64,000 nucleotides of DNA, from the NCBI GenBank assembly GCA_963850805.1, contig CAWKNF010000027.1, positions 43,201 to 107,200 of the forward strand, in the 5' to 3' direction. Positions 48,873 through 57,516 of this stretch are shown here, in pieces. A program made the position numbers and the translations under genes. This DNA is from an uncultured Acidobacteriaceae bacterium. Its GTDB lineage: Bacteria > Acidobacteriota > Terriglobia > Terriglobales > Acidobacteriaceae. The stretch's first letter is position 1; each line of letters opens with the position of its first letter. Under the pieces are notes generated by a model that was not told the origin of the DNA, searched no databases, and saw nothing but the letters and a program-made list of their open reading frames with translations.

Positions 48873-49373
48873 CTACTGAGGCAAGCTGGCTCTGGTCTTT
48901 AACTCGTCAACCAACCTCTGGGCAGAGTTGATCGTTTCCTTCTCACGGTTCTTTTCCCTCCGAGCCAACCTGCGGTGGTCGATTGTTTCCCACAAAGAAT
49001 TCTTAGTCTTTGCGTCATAGATCGTCAGCACAAGTTGCGGGTCTACAATCTGCGTGCTGTGAACCTGAGTGGTTCCGTTGTAGGTGTTGTTTGTGCTCCA
49101 CACGCGGGTTCCGCCATGCTCCACGTGATAAGAAATCTCAACTATCAGATCGGCATCATCTGGAGAGCCTACGATCTCGTACTTGCCCCAGTTTTTCATT
49201 TCTGAATAGAACGTGTCGTAGGCGAGGTCGCTGCCTCCACCGTTTGTTAGGAAAACCTTCTTCGCGTTCACAACGACCGACGGCAAAGGCGCTGGCGGAA
49301 TGTCTTTTCTGCTCTTCCCGGCATATGCGTAAACCGACAGGAACAGGCACAACGATACTGCGAGCTTGCGCAT
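48873..49373 (-). CDS. hypothetical secreted protein or lipoprotein
   Basis: Signal peptide MRKLAVSLCLFLSVYAYA. 166 aa. No motif recognised. Confidence 0.6.
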   Translation of the reverse strand: MRKLAVSLCLFLSVYAYAGKSRKDIPPAPLPSVVVNAKKVFLTNGGGSDLAYDTFYSEMKNWGKYEIVGSPDDADLIVEISYHVEHGGTRVWSTNNTYNGTTQVHSTQIVDPQLVLTIYDAKTKNSLWETIDHRRLARREKNREKETINSAQRLVDELKTRASLPQ

Positions 49374-49531
49374 GTTGATCGCTCCATCTTCCGGGGGAAG
49401 CTGACGGTTGGATTGTACAGCGGAAAAGAGAACGTCGGTAGAATCTGATCGTTCTCAACTCTGCAAGCACCGGTAAGACTCCCGGTGTACTCTGTGAACA
49501 TGCTACGACGAGAAACTAGCGGGACGGTCAC

Positions 49532-50161
49532 ATGGGACGAAACAAGCCACATTTTCGTTTGAAAGAGAATGACTCGAAGGTTGCGCTTCACATCGTTTTT
49601 CAGCAAGTTTACGCTTGCGTTTACCACCTCTCGACTGTGCGCCTATTCTTGAAACAAAGTGCCGCGTTTACGCACCACGAGTCCCAGTTTCACAATCCTG
49701 CAAGGGAGTTCACGGAGCGTGCGAACTCGGATCGTGTCGTACTCTTCGCCCACCTTCGTGGTTTCTTTTGGGAGCTTCACAGCATCGTAGATTCATTGCA
49801 GGGCTACTGCCTGCGACAGGCTAAGAAAGAAGGAAGCATAGTCCCTCCAGAAGTGAAGAATTCAGTAAGAGACTTTTTGAAGAGTCAAGCGTGGAAAGAT
49901 ATTCAAGCAATCCGAAATTTCAGCCACAGTACTGCTTCCCCGCTAGGCGCACGATTAGAGGGTGGGCAACTGATATATTTCTTGGAAACCGCTGACGGTA
50001 GGGAAATTCCTGTTCCAGACCACCTTGAAACCTACCTCGGTGTGGTACGGCAGCTTCTTCAGTCAGTGTTGGTCATTCCTCCAGAACTGATGGCGGCGAA
50101 AGTGCACTTCAATCTTCCTCCGCCGAGCGTTTCATTTACACAGCAGAGCACTGCACCTTGA
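49532..50161 (+). CDS. hypothetical protein (all-helical-looking)
   Basis: 209 aa. The stop lies 4 nt before the next gene. Contains R-x6-H (LRGFFWELH), but I cannot assign a HEPN fold with confidence. Confidence 0.55.
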   Translation: MGRNKPHFRLKENDSKVALHIVFQQVYACVYHLSTVRLFLKQSAAFTHHESQFHNPAREFTERANSDRVVLFAHLRGFFWELHSIVDSLQGYCLRQAKKEGSIVPPEVKNSVRDFLKSQAWKDIQAIRNFSHSTASPLGARLEGGQLIYFLETADGREIPVPDHLETYLGVVRQLLQSVLVIPPELMAAKVHFNLPPPSVSFTQQSTAP

Positions 50162-50165
50162 TGAA

Positions 50166-50804
50166 GTGGGGGAAGCGACAATATCAGTAGAGAAACAGAT
50201 CATGCCCAAAACCCTCTTTTTGTGCGGCACGACTCACGGTCAGCAGCTTCCGACGTTCAAGTGGGCGGATAAGTTTCGTAAAGCTCTCCAGCTTCTCTTA
50301 GCCAAAGGTGTTGAGGCGGTTCTGGAGGAGTGGGATCACTACGGCAATGTTGTTCTGAAGTCGAGCACACAAGTGATCTGCGAAAAGCGAGGCATTCATT
50401 GGGAAGAATTGGGTCTTCCGAATGACACCCCCACATTCGGAGACACGCTGTTCGATCCTCCACTTCCCGCCGAGTTAGACACAGTGCGCCTAATTCCACC
50501 GCCTGACACCATTATGGAGTTTGTCGCCGGACGGACACCTGAAGCCAAGGCTTGGGAAAAGGTCGCAGCTCAAAATTCAATGATAGTTGTGGGTCGTTAC
50601 CGTTTGGATCATCACATCAAACGCGAAGACCACATGTTTGCTCAGATTGAAGATCAGCTTGCCAAGCATGACCGCGTTCTCGCGATAGTAGGGGCAACCC
50701 ACATGGGGAGTCTTCTACGAAAATGCAAAGACGCCGACCTCAACGTCGAGGGATTCCTTTTCACATTTTGCGAAGAGTGCAGCGTTAAACTTCCGAAGAA
50801 GTAA
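50166..50804 (+). CDS. Tiki/TraB/GumN-superfamily-like protein
   Basis: GTTH near the N-terminus (LFLCGTTHGQQ), a mid-region acidic stretch (VLEEWDH) and C-terminal REDHMF...LAIVGATHMGSL, resembling the paired GxxH motifs of TraB/Tiki-type proteins. Start is GTG 50166 or ATG 50202. Confidence 0.5.
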   Translation: MGEATISVEKQIMPKTLFLCGTTHGQQLPTFKWADKFRKALQLLLAKGVEAVLEEWDHYGNVVLKSSTQVICEKRGIHWEELGLPNDTPTFGDTLFDPPLPAELDTVRLIPPPDTIMEFVAGRTPEAKAWEKVAAQNSMIVVGRYRLDHHIKREDHMFAQIEDQLAKHDRVLAIVGATHMGSLLRKCKDADLNVEGFLFTFCEECSVKLPKK

Positions 50805-50903
50805 AACGGAGAGTCGGTGTCATTTCAATCCGTGATACCGCATCAACATCTCAGGAGGCAGTAACTTTCCTTGATTCCCTACGGCAAAGGCTCTCGCGCT
50901 GGG

Positions 50904-51092
50904 CTATGTATTGTGGGTCGTCTTCGAGCCGCGCTTGTACTTGAACTGATTCCCCGACTCCGATGTCGGCGGGATCGTTTCGCCTTGCTCGATCACCGTG
51001 CGGCGACCATCCGGTACCTTGCCGCCACGCGGCCCGACTTCAATCAGTTCGCCGGAGTCCGGCGCTGTCTCACCCGGCTTATAAGTGGTCAT
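50904..51092 (-). CDS. YjzC-family small protein
   Basis: KPGETAPDSGELIEVGPRGG...GETIPPT...KYKR matches the pattern I recall for YjzC-like proteins. GGAGG precedes the ATG. Confidence 0.55.
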   Translation of the reverse strand: MTTYKPGETAPDSGELIEVGPRGGKVPDGRRTVIEQGETIPPTSESGNQFKYKRGSKTTHNT

Positions 51093-51199
51093 GCGAAAAG
51101 ACCTCCATCAGAAAACTGTAGCAAGAACTGTGGGCATGGGCAACGGCAAACTCCTGATAGTAGTAGGAGAGGAAGTGAGCGCAGGGACGATCCAGACGA

Positions 51200-51505
51200 T
51201 CAATTTTCGATGTCAAATTCTAGCGTTACTTCCTGCTCCCCGTCTCCAGCGAATGGGGTCATCGTGTCGGCGGAAAAATGGCATTCGCGAACCACTCCGT
51301 TGTCATTCAGGAAGAAACTCCCAGCCCGACCTTGACAAGCCATGAACAAGCCGACCACTTGAGCGAGGGATGACGACGGTGAGGCGTCTAAACGTCCCGA
51401 CACCTGAACCAGAGCCGTGTAGTGAGTCCCGTTCCGATGAATCGTGGCAGGAAGATCAATTTTGTTTGCAACTTTGTCCTTAAGCCATGCCGTGAAAACT
51501 TCCAT
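51200..51505 (-). CDS. hypothetical protein, downstream partner of the RusA-like gene
   Basis: 101 aa. Starts 18 nt after the stop of 51524-52288 on the same strand. Confidence 0.5.
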   Translation of the reverse strand: MEVFTAWLKDKVANKIDLPATIHRNGTHYTALVQVSGRLDASPSSSLAQVVGLFMACQGRAGSFFLNDNGVVRECHFSADTMTPFAGDGEQEVTLEFDIEN

Positions 51506-51523
51506 GTGTCTGCTCCTCGGCTT

Positions 51524-52288
51524 CTAGAAATAGTTGTCAAACGTTCGCGCGTCTCTGTGATTCAATCTGACGTGGATCACGACATACGCATCATTGACTT
51601 TTGTTTCTCCATGCCGACGCAAGACAGACTGCGCCAATTTGAACGCTACCTTCTCATCCGCTGAGAATTTGCACGCAGCGTCTTGCAACATTAGATTGAA
51701 TGCGCCGATAGCTTCATCGCGCTTGCGTAGTTCGCTCTCTGGGAGTTCAGGCAGCATCAAGAGCTTGTCAGTCGTGATCTTAACTTCTGAAATTAGCTTA
51801 TCGTTTTCAAGCAAACAAAAGAATGGACACTCGTCTTCATCCGGCGTAGCGCCGCCTGCTTCATCGACATTTTGCGCCCTTTGCAGAGCATCGAATAGCG
51901 TCTTGACTTGTCCATCAATATCCGCCCATTCATTGACAAGCTCGTAGTTCTCTGGACGTAAAAGCAGAATATCTAGGCTGCATTGCAGAGCAAATTCCGG
52001 CACGACTAATGGCACCCAATGGAAACCCGCCTTTTGCCAAGTTTCGCCGATTGACTGTAGTCCGATCTTGAAACGTTCGTCTGGAGCATGCGGTACATCA
52101 GGCTTCGGTCGTCTATCTATTGAACGGCAATAGGCACCATCGGCTAATTGCCTTAAATTCGGTCTGACCTGCCACAATCGGCGCAGTTGGGGATGAAATA
52201 TACGCCGAATCCGGTGCTTATCTTCTGGACGAGGCTTGTTAGCCGAAGGCGGTAATTCGCCCTGATACAGCAAGCGAAATTCCATCAC
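51524..52288 (-). CDS. RusA-fold (Holliday-junction-resolvase-like) nuclease homologue with insert and C-terminal extension
   Basis: EFRLLYQGELPPSANK...KHRIRRIFHPQLRRLW at the N-terminus. ADIDGQVKTLFDALQ resembles the RusA DxDN..K...DaL acidic motif. It is followed by LLENDKLISEVKI. Confidence 0.5.
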   Translation of the reverse strand: MMEFRLLYQGELPPSANKPRPEDKHRIRRIFHPQLRRLWQVRPNLRQLADGAYCRSIDRRPKPDVPHAPDERFKIGLQSIGETWQKAGFHWVPLVVPEFALQCSLDILLLRPENYELVNEWADIDGQVKTLFDALQRAQNVDEAGGATPDEDECPFFCLLENDKLISEVKITTDKLLMLPELPESELRKRDEAIGAFNLMLQDAACKFSADEKVAFKLAQSVLRRHGETKVNDAYVVIHVRLNHRDARTFDNYF

Positions 52289-52433
52289 GTTTGTTTCCTC
52301 AATCTGATCGCCTCCATTAACGTAGACCTGTTCATAGAGTCAAGTCAAAAGCCCGGATTTGATGCCTGATCCGTACTTCAGTTTATGCGGACATTGCGGT
52401 TGGGAGCGACAAGAGAAGGGGATGAACTAAATG

Positions 52434-52853
52434 CTATGGCGTGAGCGTGCGCCGCCCTGCTTTGAGCTTTGATGGATTTGGCGCGATCATTTTCTCAGCC
52501 CCAAAAGTGTTCACATACACGGAAGACTCCCGACATCGGTGACAGAAATACCAGTCATACGGAATGTCGCCATGAAATTCCTGTATCCCCTGCAAAATCA
52601 GTTCGTGACTCTTGCAGTACGGGCATCTGAAAGTTCGCCAATGGTGTATCTGAGCAAACAGCTTCTTGATTGCTGCGTAGGATGGAGGCAGAAAGAAGTA
52701 CGCGGCGTAGTAAGCGGTCACTCCAGCTAATAGCCACTCTTTCCTCAGCGGTGTGAGGGTCAGACCCAGCAGGAGAAGAATCAGGGGCACAGCGATCTTT
52801 GCATCTTCTTTATCGAAGTCGTAATCTGCCCAACTCCCGATCTTGATTTTCAT
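52434..52853 (-). CDS. small membrane protein with C-terminal zinc-ribbon
   Basis: ATG 52851-52853. TM segments (IAVPLILLLLGLTL; LLAGVTAYYAAYFFL), then CPYCKSH...CHRCRE. Confidence 0.55.
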   Translation of the reverse strand: MKIKIGSWADYDFDKEDAKIAVPLILLLLGLTLTPLRKEWLLAGVTAYYAAYFFLPPSYAAIKKLFAQIHHWRTFRCPYCKSHELILQGIQEFHGDIPYDWYFCHRCRESSVYVNTFGAEKMIAPNPSKLKAGRRTLTP

Positions 52854-52922
52854 TGGTTTAGATTCTACGCTCACACCGCGTTGACCTTGGCACGAACCTT
52901 CGCCCGTATAATTTGTATCAGC

Positions 52923-53717
52923 ATGGCACCACTCAAATTCGGTGAGAAGCGCAAACTCGAAGAGTTTCTGGGAATGGGCGGGGGTTACGTCCTTAGTTTC
53001 TCGGATCGCACCTTCAGGGAGTTCGTCCACGACAGCACTGGGTTGGACATTGATGATCCCGAAGTAGGCGGTCTAGGTTCCAAGGGTCGTAGGCTTCGAC
53101 ATTTCTGGGACAATCAACCAGATTACATAGTGGGAAAGCTGATCAAGGATTTGATTGATTCCGTGGATGCTGATCCACCTGAGGAATCGCAGAGTTTCGG
53201 TGAAGTGAGGTATGGCGTCCGCCGTCCTGCGGCTTTTAAGGACGAATGTCTGAAGATCGCAGACAGACTCTTGCAATCCGCCCCTGTCCCCGACACGACC
53301 GTTATTTCCGTGCTGTCTCAACGTGAGGAGTTTGAACGCCTCGCCAGCGGCGTAATGGACAGCATCACTAAAAACGACCCGGAATCTGGGTTGGACAGGC
53401 TTCACACGTTCACTATGGCGTTCGTCCGGTCGCTATGCGAGAAGCACGGAATCACCGTGGATAAAGACAAGCCGCTTCACAGCGTGTACGGCGAGTATGT
53501 GAAGAAACTGAAGGAACTCAATCTCATCGAATCGCCCATGACCGAACGCATCCTGAAGTCGTCCATCTCTGTGTTGGATTTTTTCAATGATGTTAGAAAC
53601 AACAAAAGCCTAGCGCATGATAACCCGGTGCTCAACCGCAACGAGAGCTTGCTAATATTTCAACACGTCACCAGTGTCATCCGATTTCTTTGGACTATCG
53701 ACCAAGGGCACGACTGA
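52923..53717 (+). CDS. AbiJ-like abortive-infection protein (N-terminal AbiJ-NTD-like plus C-terminal Abi_C/HEPN)
   Basis: N-terminus KLEEFLGMGGGYVLSFSDRTFREFVHDSTGLDIDD...SKGRRLRHFW. C-terminus LDRLHTF...FFNDVRNNKSLAHDN (R-x6-H HEPN-type motif of Abi_C). Confidence 0.65.
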   Translation: MAPLKFGEKRKLEEFLGMGGGYVLSFSDRTFREFVHDSTGLDIDDPEVGGLGSKGRRLRHFWDNQPDYIVGKLIKDLIDSVDADPPEESQSFGEVRYGVRRPAAFKDECLKIADRLLQSAPVPDTTVISVLSQREEFERLASGVMDSITKNDPESGLDRLHTFTMAFVRSLCEKHGITVDKDKPLHSVYGEYVKKLKELNLIESPMTERILKSSISVLDFFNDVRNNKSLAHDNPVLNRNESLLIFQHVTSVIRFLWTIDQGHD

Positions 53718-53764
53718 TAGAGGTTGCTGGTGGGACGCCAATCTATGAAGCCGTTGGCGATGGG

Positions 53765-54787
53765 CTAGATAAAGCTGAAAAGCCGATTGCTGCTGCCGTA
53801 ACTTTGACGATTCAACTTTTCTACGATCACTTTTTGATCGTCAATTCGGTGCCACTCGACGGCGGCTTCTTCGATTGTTCGACCGTAAGCCAATACCTTC
53901 TTCTCGGCGTCCTCTACCGTGAAGAAGCCGTTGGTTTCTTTCGGTGGACGAGCAAACATGTGGATGTTGTCCGAAATAGAGGTTCCCGGTTTGTTGTAAG
54001 AAACATTGGCGAGTGGTGGGGTGTCGTTTGGCGGTGGTAGAGCTTTAGGCTTTCTGCGTGTATCAGACCATTTTTTATTCAGAGCGACAAGCCCCTGAAT
54101 CAGGTCTCTCGGAAAAAGACGAACGTCTATATCTGCCTCCACAAGTGAGACATGTCCGTACACCGATTCGTCTTTGTCCGGCATACCGTAAACAACTCGT
54201 GCGACTTTGGCATTGATCAGGCGTGTAGCGCAAGCTGTTTTGTTTGATGAGTTTCTTTTGGAACACGGCTCCAGCGTTGTGTAGACCGTGCAACCGCTCA
54301 GATCAACATTATCGACATCGTCGTTGACCTTTCTGAGAGCACAATATTCTGCGTGTCTTCCTTCACCCGTTTCGCCTCGAAATCCTGTCGCCACAACATT
54401 GCCCTCTTTAACGACAACCGCCCCGACATACGGGTGTAGTTCGCCGTCATTCTCAGGGATGCTCTTTCGAGCTTCAGCGACCGCCATTTCGCAGAATTTC
54501 CGATCAAAGACGGTCTGACCCAGTTCCGATCCTGTTTCCGTCAGAAAAATATCCGCAAGAAATTCATCAGGTATCGCCATATTTTTCAACTTCGTGAGAT
54601 GCCCACTAGCGATAGCGGTACTGAACATGGTGTACTGCACCGTTGCTTGAATGGAATGAGCACCGAGGTTGTCGTCAATGGTGTGACCACCACGGAAATA
54701 ATTCAAAAAGTCGGCGTAGGTGGTGACTGGTGCTTGAGTAATCTGGGGATAGATATATCCCTGTGGCAGCTTTTGATTGATAAGCAT
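53765..54787 (-). CDS. stand-alone RibD-type zinc deaminase with unknown N- and C-terminal extensions
   Basis: HAEYCALRK ... YTTLEPCSKRNSSNKTACATRLINAKVARVVYG = HAE / PC-x9-C deaminase signature with RibD-like spacing. No reductase domain. Start at ATG 54785-54787, 10 nt after the upstream stop. Confidence 0.75.
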   Translation of the reverse strand: MLINQKLPQGYIYPQITQAPVTTYADFLNYFRGGHTIDDNLGAHSIQATVQYTMFSTAIASGHLTKLKNMAIPDEFLADIFLTETGSELGQTVFDRKFCEMAVAEARKSIPENDGELHPYVGAVVVKEGNVVATGFRGETGEGRHAEYCALRKVNDDVDNVDLSGCTVYTTLEPCSKRNSSNKTACATRLINAKVARVVYGMPDKDESVYGHVSLVEADIDVRLFPRDLIQGLVALNKKWSDTRRKPKALPPPNDTPPLANVSYNKPGTSISDNIHMFARPPKETNGFFTVEDAEKKVLAYGRTIEEAAVEWHRIDDQKVIVEKLNRQSYGSSNRLFSFI

Positions 54788-54797
54788 ATATGGCGAT

Positions 54798-56030
54798 TCA
54801 GAGGCGACTGATGTCAACCGTCTGCATATGAAGGTGCCCGAAAAGTTCCTCCCCGGCTGCGATGTCAGCCGCATCCGGTTCGTATTCAGGGTTTGTTAGC
54901 ATCAGATCGTAGTGCTCCCCGTCGCGGTCAATAACCACGAGACAGTTCTTCTTCTGATAGTGAGCCAAAGCACCCCCGGCGAGCCTTTTGGCACGCCCGT
55001 GTCGCGTCGGTTTATCGACTCCTCTGCACGAGATAAAAACGAAAACCCAATCCTTACCATCGGCGTGAGCAGCCGCGAAAGTAAAACCGCTGGTCTTTCC
55101 CCGCATCGACTCAGCCACGTCATGAAACTTTCGACCCATCATCGCTCGCTCAGTCAGCCGCATGTCGGTCAGGATTTCCTGTAAGATCAAATAGTTCTTC
55201 CGTTCGCCTTCTTTGTCGAATAGAGCAACAGCATCAGGCGGTAGCCCGTCAGCGTAGTTCGGGTCTCTCGTGGATAGGGCATGGGCTACACGCTCGATTT
55301 CACTGCTGTAGAGCTTATATTCTTCGCTGCGCTCCAACGCCTCTCGCAGCAAGTCATCGTGAGTTTCGGTAGCGCGTCTGGCATCCGCGTGCCCTAAACA
55401 ACTCTTGAGGCTGTCGGCGATACCACCGTTCATTATGTACAACTCGTAGAAAGGCAATTCATCGCCGACCATACGCAGGCAAGCAATTGGCAACTTCCGT
55501 CTGGCATTCAGATATTCAAGAACCTCAGGCAGGGTTCGTAGTTGCCAGACGATGTTCAGGAAGTCGTTAATGGACATGTAGGTCAGCGGCACGCCCAAAT
55601 ACTCCAACGGCAACTTATCGGCGATCTGCTTTAGATCAACGGGATGCCACGTTTCCGCCAGCACAACTCCGTGGATTATGCGGGGAAGAGTGCTGAACTC
55701 AACCCTGCCTCTGCGTGGATGGTCACACCATTTCGGGCGGTCGTCAGGTCTTTTGATTGAGCCACAAATCGGCTTCAATGCGTCCTGAATATTCTTCAGA
55801 ACCCACAACTCGTTCTTCTCCACACTGCGGCTCGTGGGGTCTTCTTGCGCCTTCTGAGAAATCAGAATGCCGTCGCCCTTGTGGACGATGAGATGATCTA
55901 TGACTTCCTTTTCGGTTGGGTCGTTGTGCTTCGGACTGCGGAACACGAATTCCGAGATAAGTGGCAGAGACAATACCTCCCCGACCTGTCTTTCTGCGAA
56001 AAGCGTTCGTGTTGTCGCTGCTTCGACCAT
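54798..56030 (-). CDS. NERD / PD-(D/E)xK-like nuclease-fold protein with large C-terminal region
   Basis: ERQVGEVLS...EKEVIDHLIVHKGDGILISQKAQ fits a GE ... D ... (S)QK restriction-endonuclease-fold pattern. Start at ATG 56028-56030. A GTG at 56099 would collide with gene 56091(+). Confidence 0.55.
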   Translation of the reverse strand: MVEAATTRTLFAERQVGEVLSLPLISEFVFRSPKHNDPTEKEVIDHLIVHKGDGILISQKAQEDPTSRSVEKNELWVLKNIQDALKPICGSIKRPDDRPKWCDHPRRGRVEFSTLPRIIHGVVLAETWHPVDLKQIADKLPLEYLGVPLTYMSINDFLNIVWQLRTLPEVLEYLNARRKLPIACLRMVGDELPFYELYIMNGGIADSLKSCLGHADARRATETHDDLLREALERSEEYKLYSSEIERVAHALSTRDPNYADGLPPDAVALFDKEGERKNYLILQEILTDMRLTERAMMGRKFHDVAESMRGKTSGFTFAAAHADGKDWVFVFISCRGVDKPTRHGRAKRLAGGALAHYQKKNCLVVIDRDGEHYDLMLTNPEYEPDAADIAAGEELFGHLHMQTVDISRL

Positions 56031-56090
56031 GGTGGATTTCTCTGACAAGTCTGCTCCAAATACCCTATGATTGTCGAGAAGGAGCCAGAC

Positions 56091-56474
56091 ATGGCACACT
56101 TCCCGCCCGTTTACAGTGACGACGAGAGCAAGATTCTGATCGCCATCTACGAGAATCCCGACGTGTCATACGACACCTACGCGCTTACTCAACTCCTAAC
56201 TGGCATCACCGCCGCTTCCCTTGATTTCGAGGCAGCATTAAAGAAAACGCTGAAGGCTATTGAGCAACTGATCGTGCGAGGACTCGTTGACGGCAAACAA
56301 TTGAAGGGTGGTCTCGGCATGTATTACCACGAGTTGAAACTGAAATACAAGGGGAAGCAGGAAGCTATCCGAGAACGTGACAGAGTTGCGGAGTGGAACA
56401 AGCAATTGCCGAAGATCATCGCCGAATCGAACGCGGTGGTCGAAGAAATGAGAAAAGCAGAGCAGAAGAAATAG
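56091..56474 (+). CDS. hypothetical winged-helix-like protein with coiled-coil tail
   Basis: ATG 56091 preceded by AAGGAG. SKILIAIYENPDVSYDTYALTQLL...IEQLIVRGLVDG, then a charged helical C-terminus. Divergent from the nuclease gene. Confidence 0.5.
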   Translation: MAHFPPVYSDDESKILIAIYENPDVSYDTYALTQLLTGITAASLDFEAALKKTLKAIEQLIVRGLVDGKQLKGGLGMYYHELKLKYKGKQEAIRERDRVAEWNKQLPKIIAESNAVVEEMRKAEQKK

Positions 56475-56513
56475 ATTTCTCCTCCTGACCATCATCTGCA
56501 CGCGGAACTCACA

Positions 56514-56801
56514 ATGACCTTGGACGATTTCCGCCAATCTCTCACCGCGACCGAGCCGCCAGCCGGACTCACGCACGCGCTCGCTGGACTGTGGTGGGAT
56601 GCCAAGGGCGATTGGACGCGGGCGCACAAGTCCGCGCAGCGGGACGAAGGCGTCGAAGGTTCATGGGTGCATGCCTATCTGCACCGCAAAGAAGGCGATC
56701 AGGGCAACGCCGCTTATTGGTATCGCCGGGCGGGCAAGCCCGTTTGTCGGGAGCCGTTCGATGCAGAGTGGATAAACATTGTCAAGGTACTGCTGGCATA
56801 A
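56514..56801 (+). CDS. conserved small hypothetical protein
   Basis: 95 aa, GC-richer than its neighbours. WWDAKGDWTRAHKSAQ...WVHAYLHRKEGDQGNAAYWYRRAG pattern. Confidence 0.5.
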   Translation: MTLDDFRQSLTATEPPAGLTHALAGLWWDAKGDWTRAHKSAQRDEGVEGSWVHAYLHRKEGDQGNAAYWYRRAGKPVCREPFDAEWINIVKVLLA

Positions 56802-56813
56802 TCGGTAAGGGGG

Positions 56814-57473
56814 ATGACGCTGCGCCACAGTCTGTTCAAGTATTACGACCAGCGGATTTGGGCTGAGAAATTCCTCGACGGTGAGATGCTGTTCCGTTCC
56901 CTCGCATATTTTCGCGATTGTGAAGATGCCGTGCGCGGTGACGAGTACGAAGGCACCTCCCGGTTTTCGCCGGATGGTGGTTTGCAAATTACGAATCAAA
57001 CGCAGGGCACACAATTCACGCTTTCGGAATATGCTTTTGAATCTACAGTCAAAGCCAACGAGATATTTGTCTTTTGCACAAGTCGCAGGTTTGGGGACGA
57101 TCTGGCTAAGGAATTCAATGCCATTGTCGCCGTGGAGATCAACCGAATGCCGATGTTTTGCGAGCGAATTCGAGCAGCATTGCCGCCCACAGCTACATTC
57201 AGGGCAAGGCGCGTTGACTACTACCCGCAGTCTGAAGGTGGGAATCCACGCTGGGCGCTGCCCGATGATATTGCGACTTCAAAGCTGGACAAGTGGGCGC
57301 ATCAGGAAGAAACTCGGTTCATATTCTCGCTAACGGACGCCCTCACGTTCGAGAACGTAAAGTGTCAACTGTCGCGCCGTAAAACTCGGACTCCGGCTAA
57401 GCCTGAGGAACATCTCTCCCACCTGCTAAAGGTTGGCAATCTCCGCGACATCTGCCGCCTGCGGGAGTTCTAG
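56814..57473 (+). CDS. hypothetical protein
   Basis: 219 aa. N-terminal LFKYYDQRIWAEKFLDGEMLFRSLAYFRDCEDAVRGDEYEG is loosely reminiscent of DUF2971-type proteins. Not assignable. Confidence 0.5.
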   Translation: MTLRHSLFKYYDQRIWAEKFLDGEMLFRSLAYFRDCEDAVRGDEYEGTSRFSPDGGLQITNQTQGTQFTLSEYAFESTVKANEIFVFCTSRRFGDDLAKEFNAIVAVEINRMPMFCERIRAALPPTATFRARRVDYYPQSEGGNPRWALPDDIATSKLDKWAHQEETRFIFSLTDALTFENVKCQLSRRKTRTPAKPEEHLSHLLKVGNLRDICRLREF

Positions 57474-57516
57474 TCATGAAGGGGCTACTGACACTTGTTT
57501 TTCCAAATAAGTATGC

